Assembly (NCBI RefSeq): GCF_006345805.1
Contig: NC_043014.1
Span: forward strand, 23,560,001-23,624,000
DNA from: Octopus sinensis
Taxonomy: Eukaryota
DNA: 64,000 nt
Direction of reading: 5' to 3'
The notes below the pieces were generated by a model that made no database searches, was not told where the DNA came from, and saw only the letters and a list, made by a program, of their open reading frames with translations. Every line of letters starts with the position of its first letter. The stretch's first letter is position 1. The translations under genes and the position numbers were made by a program. Positions 48,550 through 62,539 of this stretch are shown here, piece after piece.

Positions 48550-51500
48550 TCATCATCATCATCATCATCATCATTTAGCGTCCGTTTTCCATGCTAGCAT
48601 GGGTTGGACGGTTCAACTGGTGTCTGGGGAGCCCGAAGGCTGCACCAGGCCAGTCAGATCTGGCAGTGTTTCTACAGCTTGATGCCCTTCCTAACGCCAA
48701 CCACTCCGAGAGTGTAGTGGGTGATTTTATGTGCCACCGACACAGGTGCCAGACGAGGCTGGCGAACGGCCACGCTCGGATGGTGTTTTTATGTGCCACC
48801 GACACAGGTGCCAGACGAGCCTGACAGACGGCCACGCTCGGATGGTGTTTTTATGTGCCACCGACACAGGTGCCAGATGAGGCTGGCGGACGGCCACGAT
48901 CGGATGGTGTTTGTTACGTCCCCAAAGCACGGAGGCCAGTCTATGCGGTACTGGCTACGGCCACGTTCGGATGATTTTCTTGTGAGCCACCGGCACTGGT
49001 ACCACAAAGATACAAATTCCATTTATGTTCATCTATTTTGATTTGTTTTGATTTGATTTGATTTTCACTTGCCTCAACAGGTCTTCACAAGTGTCACAAG
49101 AAGGAAGGTATGCACAGGTGGACTGACTACGTCCCAGGTAGGGGCCACGGGTTATGGCCTGACTAGTCTTGCCGGGTCTTCGGATGGTGTTTTTATGTGC
49201 CACCGACACAGGTGCCAGATGAGGCTGGCGAACGGCCACGATCGGATGGTGTTTGTTGCGTGCCCACAGCACGGAGGCCAGTCGATGCGGTACTGGCTAC
49301 GGCCACGTTCGGATGGTTTTCTTGTGTGCCACCGGCACTGGTACCACAAAGATACAAATTCCATTGATGTTCATCTATTTTGATTTGATTTGATTTGATT
49401 TGATTTTGATTTTCACTTGCCTCAACAGGTCTTCACAAGTGTCACAAGAAGGAAGGAAGGTATGCACAGGTGGACTGACTACGTCCCAAGTAGGGGCCAC
49501 GGGTTATGGCCTGACTAGTCTTGCCGGGTCTTCGGTTGGTGTTTTTATGTGCCACCGACACAGGTGCCAGATGAGGCTGGCGGACGGCCACGATCGGATG
49601 GTGTTTGTTATGTGCCCACATCACAGAGGCCAGTCGATGCGGTACTGGCTACGGCCACGTTCGGATGGTTTTCTTGTGTGCCACCGGTACTGGTACCACA
49701 AAGATACAAATTCCATTGATGTTCATCTATTTTGATTTGGTTTGATTTGATTTGATTTGATTTTGATTTTGATTTTCACTTGCCTCAACAGGTCTACACA
49801 AGTGTCACACACTTGCCTCAACAGGTCTTCACAAGTGTCATAAGTAGGAAGGTATGCACAGGTGGACTGACTACGTCGCCGGGTCTTCGGATGGTGTTTT
49901 TATGTGCCACCGACACAGGTGCCAGATGTGGCTGGCGAACGGCCACGATCGGATGGTTTTCTTGTGTGCCACCGGTACTGGAACCACAAAGATACAAATT
50001 CCATTGATGTTCATCTATTTTGATTTGGTTGATTTTCACTTGCCTCAACAGGTCTTCACAAGTGTCACACGTGTCACACACTTGCCTCAACAGGTCTCCA
50101 CAAGTGTCACACACTTGCCTCTGCCTCAACAGGTCTTCACAAAGTGTCACACACTTGCCTCTGCCTCAACAGGTCTTCACAAGTGTCATAAGAGGGAAGG
50201 TATGCACAGGTGGACTGACGACGTCGCCGGGTCTTCGGATGGTGTTTTTATGTGCCACCGACACAGGTGCCAGATGAGGCTGGCGAACGGCCACGATCAG
50301 ATGGTGTTTGTTGTGCCCACAGCATGGAGGCCAGTCGATGTGGTACTGGCTACGGCCACGTTCGGATGGTTTTCTTGTGTGCCACCGGTACTGGAACCAC
50401 AAAGATACAAATTCCATTGATGTCAATCTATTTTGATTTGGTTGATTTTCACTTGCCTCAACAGGTCTTCACAAGGGTCACACACTTGCCTCAACAGGTC
50501 TCCACAAGTGTCACACACTTGCCTCTGCCTCAACAGGTCTTCACAAGTGTCACACACTTGCCTCAACAGGTCTTCACAAGTGTCGTAAGAGGGAAGGTAT
50601 GCATAGGTGGACTGACTACGTCGCCGGGTCTTCGGATGGTGTCTTTATGTGCCACCGGCACAGGTGCCAGATGAGGCTGGCGAACGGCCACGATCGGATG
50701 GTGTTTGTTGTGCCCACAGCACGGAGGCCAGTCGATGCGGTACTGGCTACGGCCACGTTTGGGTGGTTTTCTTGTGTGCCACCAGCACTGGTACCACAAA
50801 GAATACAATTCCACTGATGTTCATCTATTTTGATTTGGTTTGATTTTCACTTGCCTCAACAGGTCTTCATAAGTGTCACAAGAAGGAAGGTATGCACAGG
50901 AGGACTGACTACGTCCCAGGTAGGGGCCACGGGTTATGGCCTGACTAGTCTTGCCGGGTCTTCTCACGCACAGCATACTTCCATAGGTCTCGGTCTCTAG
51001 ACATTTCCTTAGTGAGACCTAAAGTTCGAAGGTCGTGCTTCACCACCTCGTCCCAGGTTTTCCTGGGTCTACCTCTTCCACGGGTTCCCTCAACTGCTAG
51101 GGTGTAGCACTTTTGCACACAACTATCTTCAGCCTTTTCGTCACATGACCATACCAGCGCAGCCGTCTCTCTTGCACGCCACAACTGACGCTTCTTAGGT
51201 TCAACTTTTCTCTCAAGGAACTTACACTCTGACGATTATGAACACTGACATTACACATCCATCGGAGCATACTGGCTTCATTTCTTGCAAGCTTACGCAT
51301 ATCCTCAGCAGTCACGGCCCATGTTTCACTACCATGTAGCATGGCTGTACGTACACATGCATCATACAGTCTGCCTTTTACTCTGAGCGAGAGGCCTTTT
51401 GTCACCAGCAGGGGTAAGAGCTCTCTAAACTTTGCCCAGGCTATTCTTACTCTAGCAGTTACACTTTCAGCACACCCACCCCCGCTACTGACTTGGTCTC

Positions 51501-54125
51501 CTAGGTAGCGGAAGCTATCAACTACTTCTAGTTTGTCTCCCTGGAACGTGGCAGAAGTTGGTCTCTGCACATTTCCAGTGTTTATTGCTCCTGAGCATTT
51601 GCCACAGACAAAAACTATTTTCTAGTTAGCCTTCCTTTGACATTGCTGCACCTCTTATGTGTCCATAGCTTACACTTGGTGCATCTTATAGAGTTTCTAC
51701 CTACACCTTTTTTACAGATCGAGCAGGGCCATCTACCTGAAGGCGTTTGTGATTGATCTACCTTCCTACTTATTAGGACTTTGGTTTTGGCTAGGTTGAT
51801 TCTAAGGCCCTTCGATTCTAATCCTTGTTTCCACACCTGAAACTTCTCCTCCAGTTCTGATAGTGACTCAGCAATTAGAGCAAGGTCATCAGCATAGAGG
51901 AGCTCCCAGGGGCAACCTGTCTTGAATTCCTCCGTTATTGCCTGGAGGACTATGATAATAGGAGGGGACTGAGGACTGAACCTTGGTGGACCCCAACCTC
52001 TACCCGGAATTCTTCACTGTACTCGTTGCCAACCCTCACCTTACTAGCAGCGTCTCTGTACATGGCTTGCACAGCTCTCACCAACCATTTTTCTATCCCT
52101 AGTTTCCTCATTGACCACCAGATAAGGGATCGGGGGACCCTGTCAAAGGCTTTCTCCAAGTCAACAAAAGCCAGGTACAAGGGCTTATCTTTGGCTAGGT
52201 ATTTCTCCTGCAGCTGTCTACCAGGAATATAGCATCAGTAGTACTTTTCCTGGCACGAACCCAAACTGCATATCATCTAAGCTAACTCTCTCTCTAATTA
52301 GTTGGGCTATAACCCTCTCCGTAACCTTCATTACCTGATCCAGCAGCTTGATGCCCCTGTAGTTATTTGTCTCTAGGGCGTCGCCTTTACCTTGTAGCAG
52401 TTGACTATTATGCTGCTACACCAGTCATTGGGTATGACCCCCTCGTGTATCACCTGGTTAACTATACGGGTGACTAAGCTATAGCCGACACCACCAGATA
52501 TTTTGAGCATCTCTGCAGTAATTCCTGATGGGCCTGGGGCTTTCCCTGTTTTCATGCTTCTAATTGCCTTATCTACTAAGGAACTGTTAACTCGGATTGC
52601 TGGTCCCTCTGTTGGGTCGACATTCGGCAGACTCTCTTTATCCCATTCATTTTCTTCATTCAGCAACCTATCATAGTGGCGTCTCCAAGCCTCTCTCTTT
52701 GCATCCTCATTTAGCGCAAGTGAACCATCATCCTTGCGAACACATTTCTCTCCTACCACGTCACGATTCTCTCTCACACACTGTCTTGCAACACGAAATA
52801 CCTCAAGACTTTCATCCTCACGGCGCAGGACATTGGCAATTTTTTTCCTATCTGCTCCCCCTCTGGCTAGATAGACCTGTCTCCTAGCTTCCCTTCTGGC
52901 AGTCTGATACACTTCCCTGCTACCACCATTCTTCCAGGCCTTCCAAGCCTGTTTCTTTTGTCTAATAGCCCTGTCAACAATATTGTTCCACCACCACGTT
53001 ATTTTGGGTCTTAAGGGGACTTTGCACCAGCCACAGATCTGGTCAGTGGCTTTCAGCAGGTTGTCCCTGAGAAGCGTCCAGTTGTCTTCTACCCCATGCG
53101 TAGCTATACTCCCTTCCATTTCGTCTAAGGCTTCAAATAACATATCTCTAAATCTCTGTCCATTCGCAGGGTCTTTAAGCTTCCAGACCCTTCTTCTCCA
53201 TGTTGGTCGTCTTCTAGTCGCCCTCTTAGTCCTGATCCTAAAGTCACTAACTACCAGTCTATGTTGTGGGGTGCATTCTTCACCTGGGAAGGTTTTGGCA
53301 TTTATAAGCAGCCATCTTTCCCTTTTTCTGGCAAGGATGTAGTCGATTTGGCTAGTATGCCGGCCCGATCGGTAGGTGACCAGGTGGCTTGTCGGTTTCC
53401 TGAAGTTAGTGTTGCAAATCATAAGACTATTCGCATCGCAGAACTCCAGCAGCCTGGTTCCCTCCTCGTTGCGGGAACCATAACCGTAGCCTCCATGCAC
53501 GCCATGGAAGCCCCCAGCACATCGTCCAACATGCCCATTGAAGTCACCAGCCACAAAGAGAAGGTCCCTGTCGTTCGTCAATGATGTGGTCTGCAGTAGG
53601 GTGTCATAGAAACAGTCTTTCTGTCCATCAGGTAGCCCTGGCTGAGGGGCATAGGCCGATATAATAGTTGCTAAACTATGTGGAGCACTAATCTAATCTT
53701 AATTATTCTGTCACTTACTCTGACTACCTCGATTACCTTATCTACCCATTTTTCGGCGATAAGCATGCCCACACCCCCGACTCCGTCAGTATTCCCAGCC
53801 CAGAAAATCTTGTACCTCTGTCCTTTGCCTGTGAGGAACCTAGCAGAACTCCTCTCCACCTCACTTCTGAATGCAGCATATATCAACCCACCTCCGTTCA
53901 AGCAATTCAACTATCTCGCCAGATCTGCCTTTCAGTGTGCCAACGTTGAGGGTGCCAACCCTGAGGCTGGGGTGGGGGTGGGGGTGTGGAAGTGGTATTG
54001 TCCTAATAGCGTCATGGACCTGAAAAGAAAACTCGCGTTTGGCAGTATTCATAGACAAACAATGGAACTTAAGTTCAAACCTCGTACACAACACTAAACA
54101 TATCTTGCAATGACTGACCACTACC
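48550..54125 (-). mobile_element. RTE LINE copy 3, near full length, with a ~2.4-kb multimerised 3' UTR
   Basis: LRVGTLNVGTLKG (APE start), ORF 52373-53581, RT motifs, PHD-like finger and (GAT)n tail at 48551-48573. Confidence 0.92.
48575..50945 (-). repeat. Higher-order tandem amplification of the RTE 3' UTR (six ~290-410-bp units)
   Basis: The CACAAAGATACAAATTCC marker recurs near 49003, 49345, 49697, 49985, 50398 and 50795. Confidence 0.85.
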
Positions 54126-54967
54126 TTTTATGGAAGGAGGTGGGGGGGGGCGTAAGACTTTGAGGTGTATAAGGGAGACAAGGATGAGAAAATTTAGGAC
54201 TTCCTGTACCGGTGGTGGGGGTGGGAGGGCGGGTGCACCGCGGAAAAACCGGGCGGCAGCCATTCCTTTCTTAGGAGAGAAATAGTTATTAGTAGCTATA
54301 AAACCTAAATTTTGCCTAATCTATGGGAGAAGCGTTGAACGATAAGGAGCTATAAATTATAAATACATGTATTCTAATCTACGAGGCGTGAGATGATCGA
54401 TAAAATAAAAATAAAATTAGGGGCAAGCTTTAAGATTAAATATAGATTTAAACAAGACATGAGACAACGATATATAATTAAGATGAACTATAGAATTATA
54501 TGTACATATAAAAAAGACACAAGGCGTGAGGCTAAATTCACAAGTCATAACAATAATACTAATAGAGATAAAACAGGGCTAACTAAAAGATCAGATCAGT
54601 TGCAGATAGTTAAGTAGGTACACGGGTGAAATTAAATATAGATGCTTAGCTTGGATTCATTTTCGTATTTCGTATTTTTCGTAGGGAGTCGGATAACAGT
54701 CTGAATTCATATATAGAGATATATGCTATAGATATATAATATATGTATATATAATATATATATGGATAGATATATGTAGATATATATATAATTTAAGAGT
54801 ATGTAGTATAGAGATATATAGATGTATATATATATGTATATATGTATATATATATTATAGAGATGTAGATATATAATAGATGTATATAGATATTAGGTAG
54901 ATATATATAGATTAGGATATAATATTGTAGAGATATATATATGTAGAGGTATATATATATAGTATTA

Positions 54968-55067
54968 NNNNNNNNNNNNNNNNNNNNNNNNNNNNNNNNN
55001 NNNNNNNNNNNNNNNNNNNNNNNNNNNNNNNNNNNNNNNNNNNNNNNNNNNNNNNNNNNNNNNNNNN
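54968..55067. other. Assembly gap (100 N) within TA-rich microsatellite
   Basis: Seen directly; adjacency across the gap is not proven. Confidence 1.
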
Positions 55068-55141
55068 TATATATGTATATATATTTATGTATTTAAGTAT
55101 ATATATATATGTATGTATAATATATATATATATATATTATG

Positions 55142-55173
<32 letters not shown>

Positions 55174-55189
55174 TATATGCATATATATA

Positions 55190-58100
55190 TCTCTATATAT
55201 AAAACTGAAATGCATTTTTACAGCTTGGATCGCTTTCAATGCCATTTACGTCCCGTCCGATTCCCCCCAAAATTTAAAGGGATATGTAGAATGAGGTGAC
55301 GATGCTCGTGGGCTACCTTAGAAATCCCTATCTTAAAAGGTGTGTTTGCTAGGGGCCATCTTCCTCACTGACCCTATTTCCTCCAGTACCCTCTTACTCC
55401 TCTTCATCTGACAAGTCCACTACCGTTATTTAATGTAAATCTTCCTCAAATCACTCTCTCGCTATTTCCTCTCTTCCAAGAACATTTTCACTCACTCTAT
55501 CTCTTAGCTTCCCATACATTTTACTGATGTATCTATCTGCGTTCATAGACAGAAACAAATATTACATCGCCATCGCATTCTATTGTCTACCTGTCAACAC
55601 ACACACACACACACACCCACACACACACACACACACATATATCTAATATTATATTTTTATTTTTATGTTTTTGTGTTTGGTTTTTTACTGTTTCATTTCC
55701 CTATTAGTGGTTTTATCTCTAATTTAATTTCTACAGCGTGCACACACACACCACACACACACCTATATGTGGCCCCAGTACACCCGAATGAAATCGGGTT
55801 CTCTTCATCAAAATGTGAAAAGGGAATGTCCCTGGACCTTCAAGACCTGTTGCAAAAACAGTACTCGAAAACCCCCATGTCAACAGACTGTATACAAAGC
55901 CTAATTATCATTCAGAGATGTATGAACATTTTTACACAAACAAAATTCATGGACAGTACTACCATCAAATGGGAAGTCTTCGGCCGATTCCTGGTAAAGA
56001 GCCTACATTCATGCAGGTTTTCTTTGTTGGTGGTCACGATGAGGAACTTGCTATCAGGAAAAAAAATAATCCAAAACTTGAGCAGCGTGTAATTGAAGTA
56101 CTTCAGATGATGCTCCACCAGACTCATCCTTATGTTCGTGAGTTCAAAAATGCAATGGATACGTTGGATTCTCAACCTCATTTAAAATTGGTGATACATG
56201 CCGACAAAACTCCTGCCGGTGAGCACCCTGGTCGTTTCAATGCTCCAACAACGAATGAAGTTGCAGCACTCATGGTCGATGAGGTCCATGGAAATCGTGA
56301 CATAATCCTCCGTCACCGCGACGAAGACGTGACTTTTGTTTCAGAATTACACCGATGTTACGATTGCTTGCAGTACCCTCTCCTTTTTCCTCATGGAGAG
56401 GATGGATACTACTTAGAAATTCAAAAGGTTGATCCCACAATTCTCACACTTCTTGACAAGGTTTCCTGCAAGGCATTTTACGCCTATCGACTCATGGTGC
56501 GGGAAAACGATTTCAATTTATTACTAAGGTGCTATTCTTTGACCAATCAGTTTTTGGTCGACATGTATTGTAAAGTTGAGTCCGAACGTTTAAAATACAT
56601 TCGTTCTCACCAGGACCAATTAAGAGCAACAGAATACGTTGCATCTAGAGGATGCAATGCGTCAAGACGGTGATGCAGCCAACGTTGGAAAACATATTAT
56701 TCTTCCTTCAACATTTATTGGCTCACCTCGGTATATGAATAAACAAATGCAGGACGCAATGACATACCTCGGTAAGTTTGGAAAGCCGGATCTCTTCATT
56801 ACATTTACCTGGAATCCTACCTGGCCAGAGATTAAAGAGAATGTGTTTGCTGGGCAGCTGCCAGAGCACAGACATGACATTGTGGTGCGCGTTTTTCATG
56901 CCAAGTTGAAGAAAATGCTATTTTTTCTGAAGGTTTTGCATATTTTTTGCCCACTGTCTGCTTGGATGTATACTGTGGAATGGCAGAAGAGAGGTCTTCC
57001 ACACGTTCATATGCTAGCCTGGTGTCAGGATAGAATCCACCCTGTGGATATTGACAGAATTATATCTGCTGAGTTGCCCGATCAAAATGCTGATCCTCAG
57101 CTGCACAGCAGTGTGACAAAGCATATGATTCACGGTCCATGTGGTGACTTTAATCCGAGAAGTCCATGCATGAAGAATAAAAGATGTTCGAAGCGGTACC
57201 CTAGAGACTATTGCGGTCAAACCTGCATTACGAATGATGGATATCCCATCTACCGAAGGCGTGACCCAGGTTTGGGTGGCCACACAGCTACAATTAGACA
57301 ACGGCTAAAAACATTCGATGTTGATAATGCCTGGATCGTTCCATTCAACCCTTTGCTTTCCAAAACATTTAATGCACACATTAATGTTGAGTACTGCAGT
57401 TCGGTGAGATGCATACAATACCTCTGCAAGTACATTAATAAGGGCGATGATATGGCCGTGTTTGTGTTCAGTGATGAAGACCTTAGACATGACGAAATTA
57501 AACAATTCATTTTGGGTAGGTATGTATCCTCCAATTACGCAGCGTGGCGCATTTTTAGATACAAGATTCATCTAAGCTCACCAACAGTTTTCCACCTGAA
57601 TGTTCATTTACAGAAGAGACAGCTGGTTTACTTCACAGAGAAAAATGCACGTCAAGTCATTGAAAATCCAAAAGGGACTACGCTTACAGCATTTTTTAAA
57701 TTGTGTTCAGTTGATGAGTTTGCTGCTACTCTCATTTACCCTGAAGTACCGGAATATTACACATACAACAACAATAATTGGAAGCGCAGGTCACATGGAA
57801 CAGAACTTGACAATTGGCCCGGTGTTTCTAGGAAGAACGTCATTGGACGTGTGTATAATATTCATCCTACCAAAGAGGAAATCTTCTTTTTGACAATGCT
57901 ACTTCATGTAGTTACTGGACCGAAGTCTTTTGCTGATCTTCGCACGGTTGATGGTATCATCTGCGCCACTTACAGGGAAGCATGTTTGAGGCGTGGACTT
58001 CTTCTCAATGACGACCACTTACACAGGACATTAGCAGAGGCCTCAAATTGTAAACTGCCATGGCAAATGCGTCGATTGTTTTGTAGCATATTAATCCACT

Positions 58101-60636
58101 GTAATCCCATCAACCCTCTTAACCTTTGGGAATCGTTCAGACAGAGCCTATCAAAGGACATACAGGCTAATTTAGCGCTACGTGATGGCAACGACGATGT
58201 TTATAATGAGGCATTAATTGACATGGACAGACACATCAGACACTATGTTATACACGGTTTAAGTGAATTCCATCTGCCAACACCTGTCCATCATGAAGCG
58301 CCTTTGGATGTTGAATACATGTCAGAAAAAAACTACAACATTGCCGAATTGACGGAAACAATTACGCGAGATGAACCAATACTTTTGCCTGAACAAAGAG
58401 AGATTTATAATGAAATTATTGACAGCGTTAGATTGAACCAAGGAAAGCTTTTCTTTTTGAATGCTCCAGGTGGTACTGGTAAAACTTTCGTCATCAATTT
58501 GATTCTCGCAAAGCTGCGCGCTGAACGTCGAATTGCCATTGCATGTGCCTCAAGTGGTATTGCAGCGACACTGCTTCAAGGTGGCCGTACGGCACATAGT
58601 GCATTCAAATTGCCCATGGACATTGGAAAGAAAGATAATCCTATATGTAATATAGATCGTAGTTCCTCAAGAGCAAGACTTCTTCGCGAATGCAGTCTTT
58701 TTATTTGGGATGAGGCTATAATGAGTAATAAGGCCATGTTTGAGGCTCTTGACAGAACTCTCCAAGATTTGCATCACAATACAAAAATAATGGGTGGAGC
58801 TACGTTTCTCATGGCAGGAGATTTTCGACAAACTCTTCCTGTTGTCCGAGCAGGCACTAGAGCCGATGAGGTTAATGCATGTATAAAGCATTCTTATGTG
58901 TGGCACAGTGTTATCAGTCGCCATCTTCAAACAAACATGAGAGTCCACCTACATGGTGATGTGGAGTCTGAGGCTTTCGCAAAACACCTATTAGATCTTG
59001 GTGATGGAGTTTTGCCTTTCGTTGATGATGAGCATATTCGGTTGCCTTTTGGGAATTTCGTTCCAAATGTAGAGGAACTTATAAGAGCCGTTTTACCTGA
59101 CGTCGAAACCAACTTCCAGGATCTCGATTGGCTAAGAGCAAGAGCTACTCTATCGCCTCATAATACAACAGCTGATGCTACAAATAAACAAGTACTTGAT
59201 ATGATTCCTGGTGAGATAGTTTCTTTCATGTCCATCGATACAAATAAAGATGAGAATGATGCAGTCAAATATCCACCCGAGCTACTCAACAAGCTAACAC
59301 CTCCGGGACTTCCACCTCATCATTTGTGTTTGAAAGTTGGTGCTCCAATCATGGTGCTCAGAAATATGGAAACGCCTGAAATATGCAATGGAACCCGAAT
59401 GGTTATAAGGAGGATTCAAAGCCATGTTATAACTGCTGAAATTTTGAGTGGACCATTTGTAGGAACAATCAAGATGATACATAAAATGAGTATTTCACCC
59501 TCTGATGTTCCCATTCAGTTTAAACGCTTTCAATTTCCGATAAAACTATGCTTCGCGATGACAATCAACAAGTCACAGGGACAATAACTGGACATTGTAG
59601 GCATTAACCTGTCACAACCGGTTTTCAGTCATGGTCAATTGTACGTAGCCTGTTCTCGAGTTGAAAATCCACATAAACTCTTCATTCTTGGCAATCATGA
59701 GCGCACAAGGAACGTGGTTTATCAGGAGGCTCTGACAAAAGAAAACTGATTGTAAGTCATGAAATTTTGCTTGATTTTTTATTTTGCAGCTCTTCATTAT
59801 CTCTTCATTCTTGAAAATAAAGACATTAAAAAGAACATGGTTCATAAAGAACATTGGGTTCAGATGTTTGCAAACATTTGATCCAACTCACTCTCTTTAT
59901 TCCTCATTTTCCGATTCCTTCTACGTCTCCATTAAACGGTTTTGTCAAGTTATTGTTTCTTCGCTAACATAAGACATTCATAAAGTGAATGAGTTGTTAA
60001 TTACATTTTATACACTATTCCATTGTTTAGGTGGTGTCGAAAGGACTGGCATGTGTCACCATATAAACTCTCTCAGTCAAACTTCCAACTCATGAGTTCA
60101 CGTCGTGATACTCTTTTTACAAAACTGAGCTGGGTGTGAATTCTAATTTCATTCACTATTACAGATTTTTTAATTTTTGAAACAAACACATTGTCTCTTT
60201 CGTTTTAAAACAATAAAACAATACTACCTTAATACATTGGTCCAACAAACAAAACATCCAACACTCTCATTCTTTTATGTATCTGTCTTCCTCCATCACT
60301 CACTCACTTTTCTCCCTTCCTTTCACTTTCAATCTATAATGTCGTTTCACAGCGTCTACCTCCCTTACATTCACTTTCTCTTTATAATGTCGTTTCACAG
60401 CGTCCGTTATCCCCCCTCCCTGCCTTCCACAGCGCTTTCACACACTCTCACTCTCTACGTCTGTCTGCATTCATAGAGAGAATTATCATCGCCACAACCA
60501 CCACTCAATCATGACAACAAATATTATGAATCAGATATTTATTGGGTTAATTTATATATGTGTGTGTGTGTATCTATATATAAATATGTATAATTAATAA
60601 TTTTTATATATACAAAGTGCATATATCTTTATTTAT

Positions 60637-60640
<4 letters not shown>
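55190..60640 (+). mobile_element. Autonomous-type Helitron; 3' terminus not identified
   Basis: 5' A|TC start followed by a Rep/Helicase coding region. The end coordinate is approximate. Confidence 0.85.
55918..59749 (+). pseudogene. Helitron Rep/PIF1 helicase, with one frameshift (~56640) and one premature stop (59585)
   Basis: Rep motifs PDLFITFTWNP, VEWQKRGLPHVH and YLCKYINKG; helicase motifs APGGTGKT, IWDEA, GDFRQTLPV and FAMTINKSQGQ*LDIVG..FSHGQLYVACSRV continuing to TGA at 59747-59749. Confidence 0.92.
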
Positions 60641-60674
<34 letters not shown>

Positions 60675-60790
60675 ATGTATGTATATATATATATATATGT
60701 ATGTATATATATATATATATGTATGTATTATATATATATATGTATGTATATATATATATATGTATGTATATATATATATATATATGTATG

Positions 60791-60825
<35 letters not shown>

Positions 60826-60974
60826 GAAATAAATATAAGAGAGTGGTCACTATATGGCTCACTCTAGCACTAGTTAATCCAAAAGGTTTCAACCACAAAA
60901 AATACATGTTTCCTATGAAAGTCAGTACGATTGTTAGCTCACATAGACAGGGCAAATAAAAAATAACAAAAATA

Positions 60975-61070
60975 CAGATTATTTTGGGACAATTGTTTCG
61001 CTATTAATGAATTAAATGTAATTTTACTTACAAAAAAATCCACTTGTAGCTCGTCAGCCAAAACTATCTG
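60975..61070 (-). ncRNA. Type I hammerhead ribozyme, unit 1
   Basis: CAGAT ag TTTTGG-CTGACGA-GCTA..43nt..TAGC-GAAA-CAATTG-TC^-CCAAAA ta ATCTG; predicted cleavage between 60988 and 60987. Confidence 0.85.
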
Positions 61071-61510
61071 GATGAAATCCACTCAATCACACGCCAGATT
61101 TTACTATAACGATAAATACACGTGTGGTTCAATTGATTACATCCGACGTTATAATTCAAATGCCCCAACTAACAGCGCGCCAAACTTTCACGGAAAACAA
61201 ATACTGCATTTAGAAATAAATGTAGCATAATTATAATTAATTAATAAGGGTGAGAGAATTAGATACTAATTTAATAGTATATCTATTCAACACCAAGTGG
61301 CCTAGTGCTCCGAGAAACCTGGATTATTATAATATTTTATAATATATTATAATATTTTTACAAAATATATATAAGAGAGTGGTCACTATATGGCTCACTC
61401 TAGCACTAGTTAATCCAAAAGGTTTCAACCACAAAAAATACATGTTTCCTATGAAAGTCAGTACGATTGTTAGCTCACACAGACAGGGCAAATAAAAAAT
61501 AACAAAAATA

Positions 61511-61606
61511 CAGATTATTTTGGGACAATTGTTTCGCTATTAATGAATTAAATGTAATTTTACTTACAAAAAAATCCACTTGTAGCTCGTCAGCCAAAAC
61601 TATCTG
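61511..61606 (-). ncRNA. Type I hammerhead ribozyme, unit 2
   Basis: Identical to unit 1. Confidence 0.85.
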
Positions 61607-62046
61607 GATGAAATCCACTCAATCACACGCCAGATTTTACTATAACGATAAATACACGAGTGGTTCAATTGATTACATCTGACGTTATAATTCAAATGCC
61701 CCAACTAACAGCGCGCCAAACTTTCACGGAAAACAAATACTGCATTTAGAAATAAATGTAGCATAATTATAATTAATTAATAAGGGTGAGAGAATTAGAT
61801 ACTAATTTAATAGTATATCTATTCAACACCAAGTGGCCTAGTGCTCCGAGAAACCTGGATTATTATAATATTTTATAATATATTATAATATTTTTACAAA
61901 ATAAATATAAGAGAGTGGTCACTATATGGCTCACTCTAGCACTAGTTAATCCAAAAGGTTTCAACCACAAAAAATACATGTTTCCTATGAAAGTCAGTAC
62001 GATTGTTAGCTCACACAGACAGGGCAAATAAAAAATAACAAAAATA

Positions 62047-62142
62047 CAGATTATTTTGGGACAATTGTTTCGCTATTAATGAATTAAATGTAATTTTACT
62101 TACAAAAAAATCCACTTGTAGCTCGTCAGCCAAAACTATCTG
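62047..62142 (-). ncRNA. Type I hammerhead ribozyme, unit 3
   Basis: Identical to unit 1. Confidence 0.85.
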
Positions 62143-62539
62143 GATGAAATCCACTCAATCACACGCCAGATTTTACCATAACGATAAATACACGTGTGGT
62201 TCAATTGATTACATCCGACGTTATAATTCAAATGCCCCAACTAACAGCGCGCCAAACTTTCACGGAAAACAAATACTGCATTTAGAAATAAATGTAGCAT
62301 AATTATAATTAATTAATAAGGGTGAGAGAATTAGATACTAATTTAATAGTATATCTATTCAACACCAAGTGGCCTAGTGCTCCGAGAAACCTGGATTATT
62401 ATAATATTTTATAATATATTATAATATTTTTACAAAATAAATATAAGAGAGTGGTCACTATATGGCTCACTCTAGCACTAGTTAATCCAAAAGGTTTCAA
62501 CCACAAAAAATACATGTTTCCCATGAAAGTCAGTACGAT

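Noticed and set aside
48575-50843. Many short ORFs with repeated MCHRHRCQ-type peptides (also 42.4-43.4 kb)
   Set aside because: Products of the repetitive RTE 3' UTR; no coding signature.
54075-54710. Minus-strand MAAARFFRG... ORF as ORF1 start of another LINE
   Set aside because: Short, with no recognisable domain; cannot be separated from the RTE 5' region and lies next to the gap.
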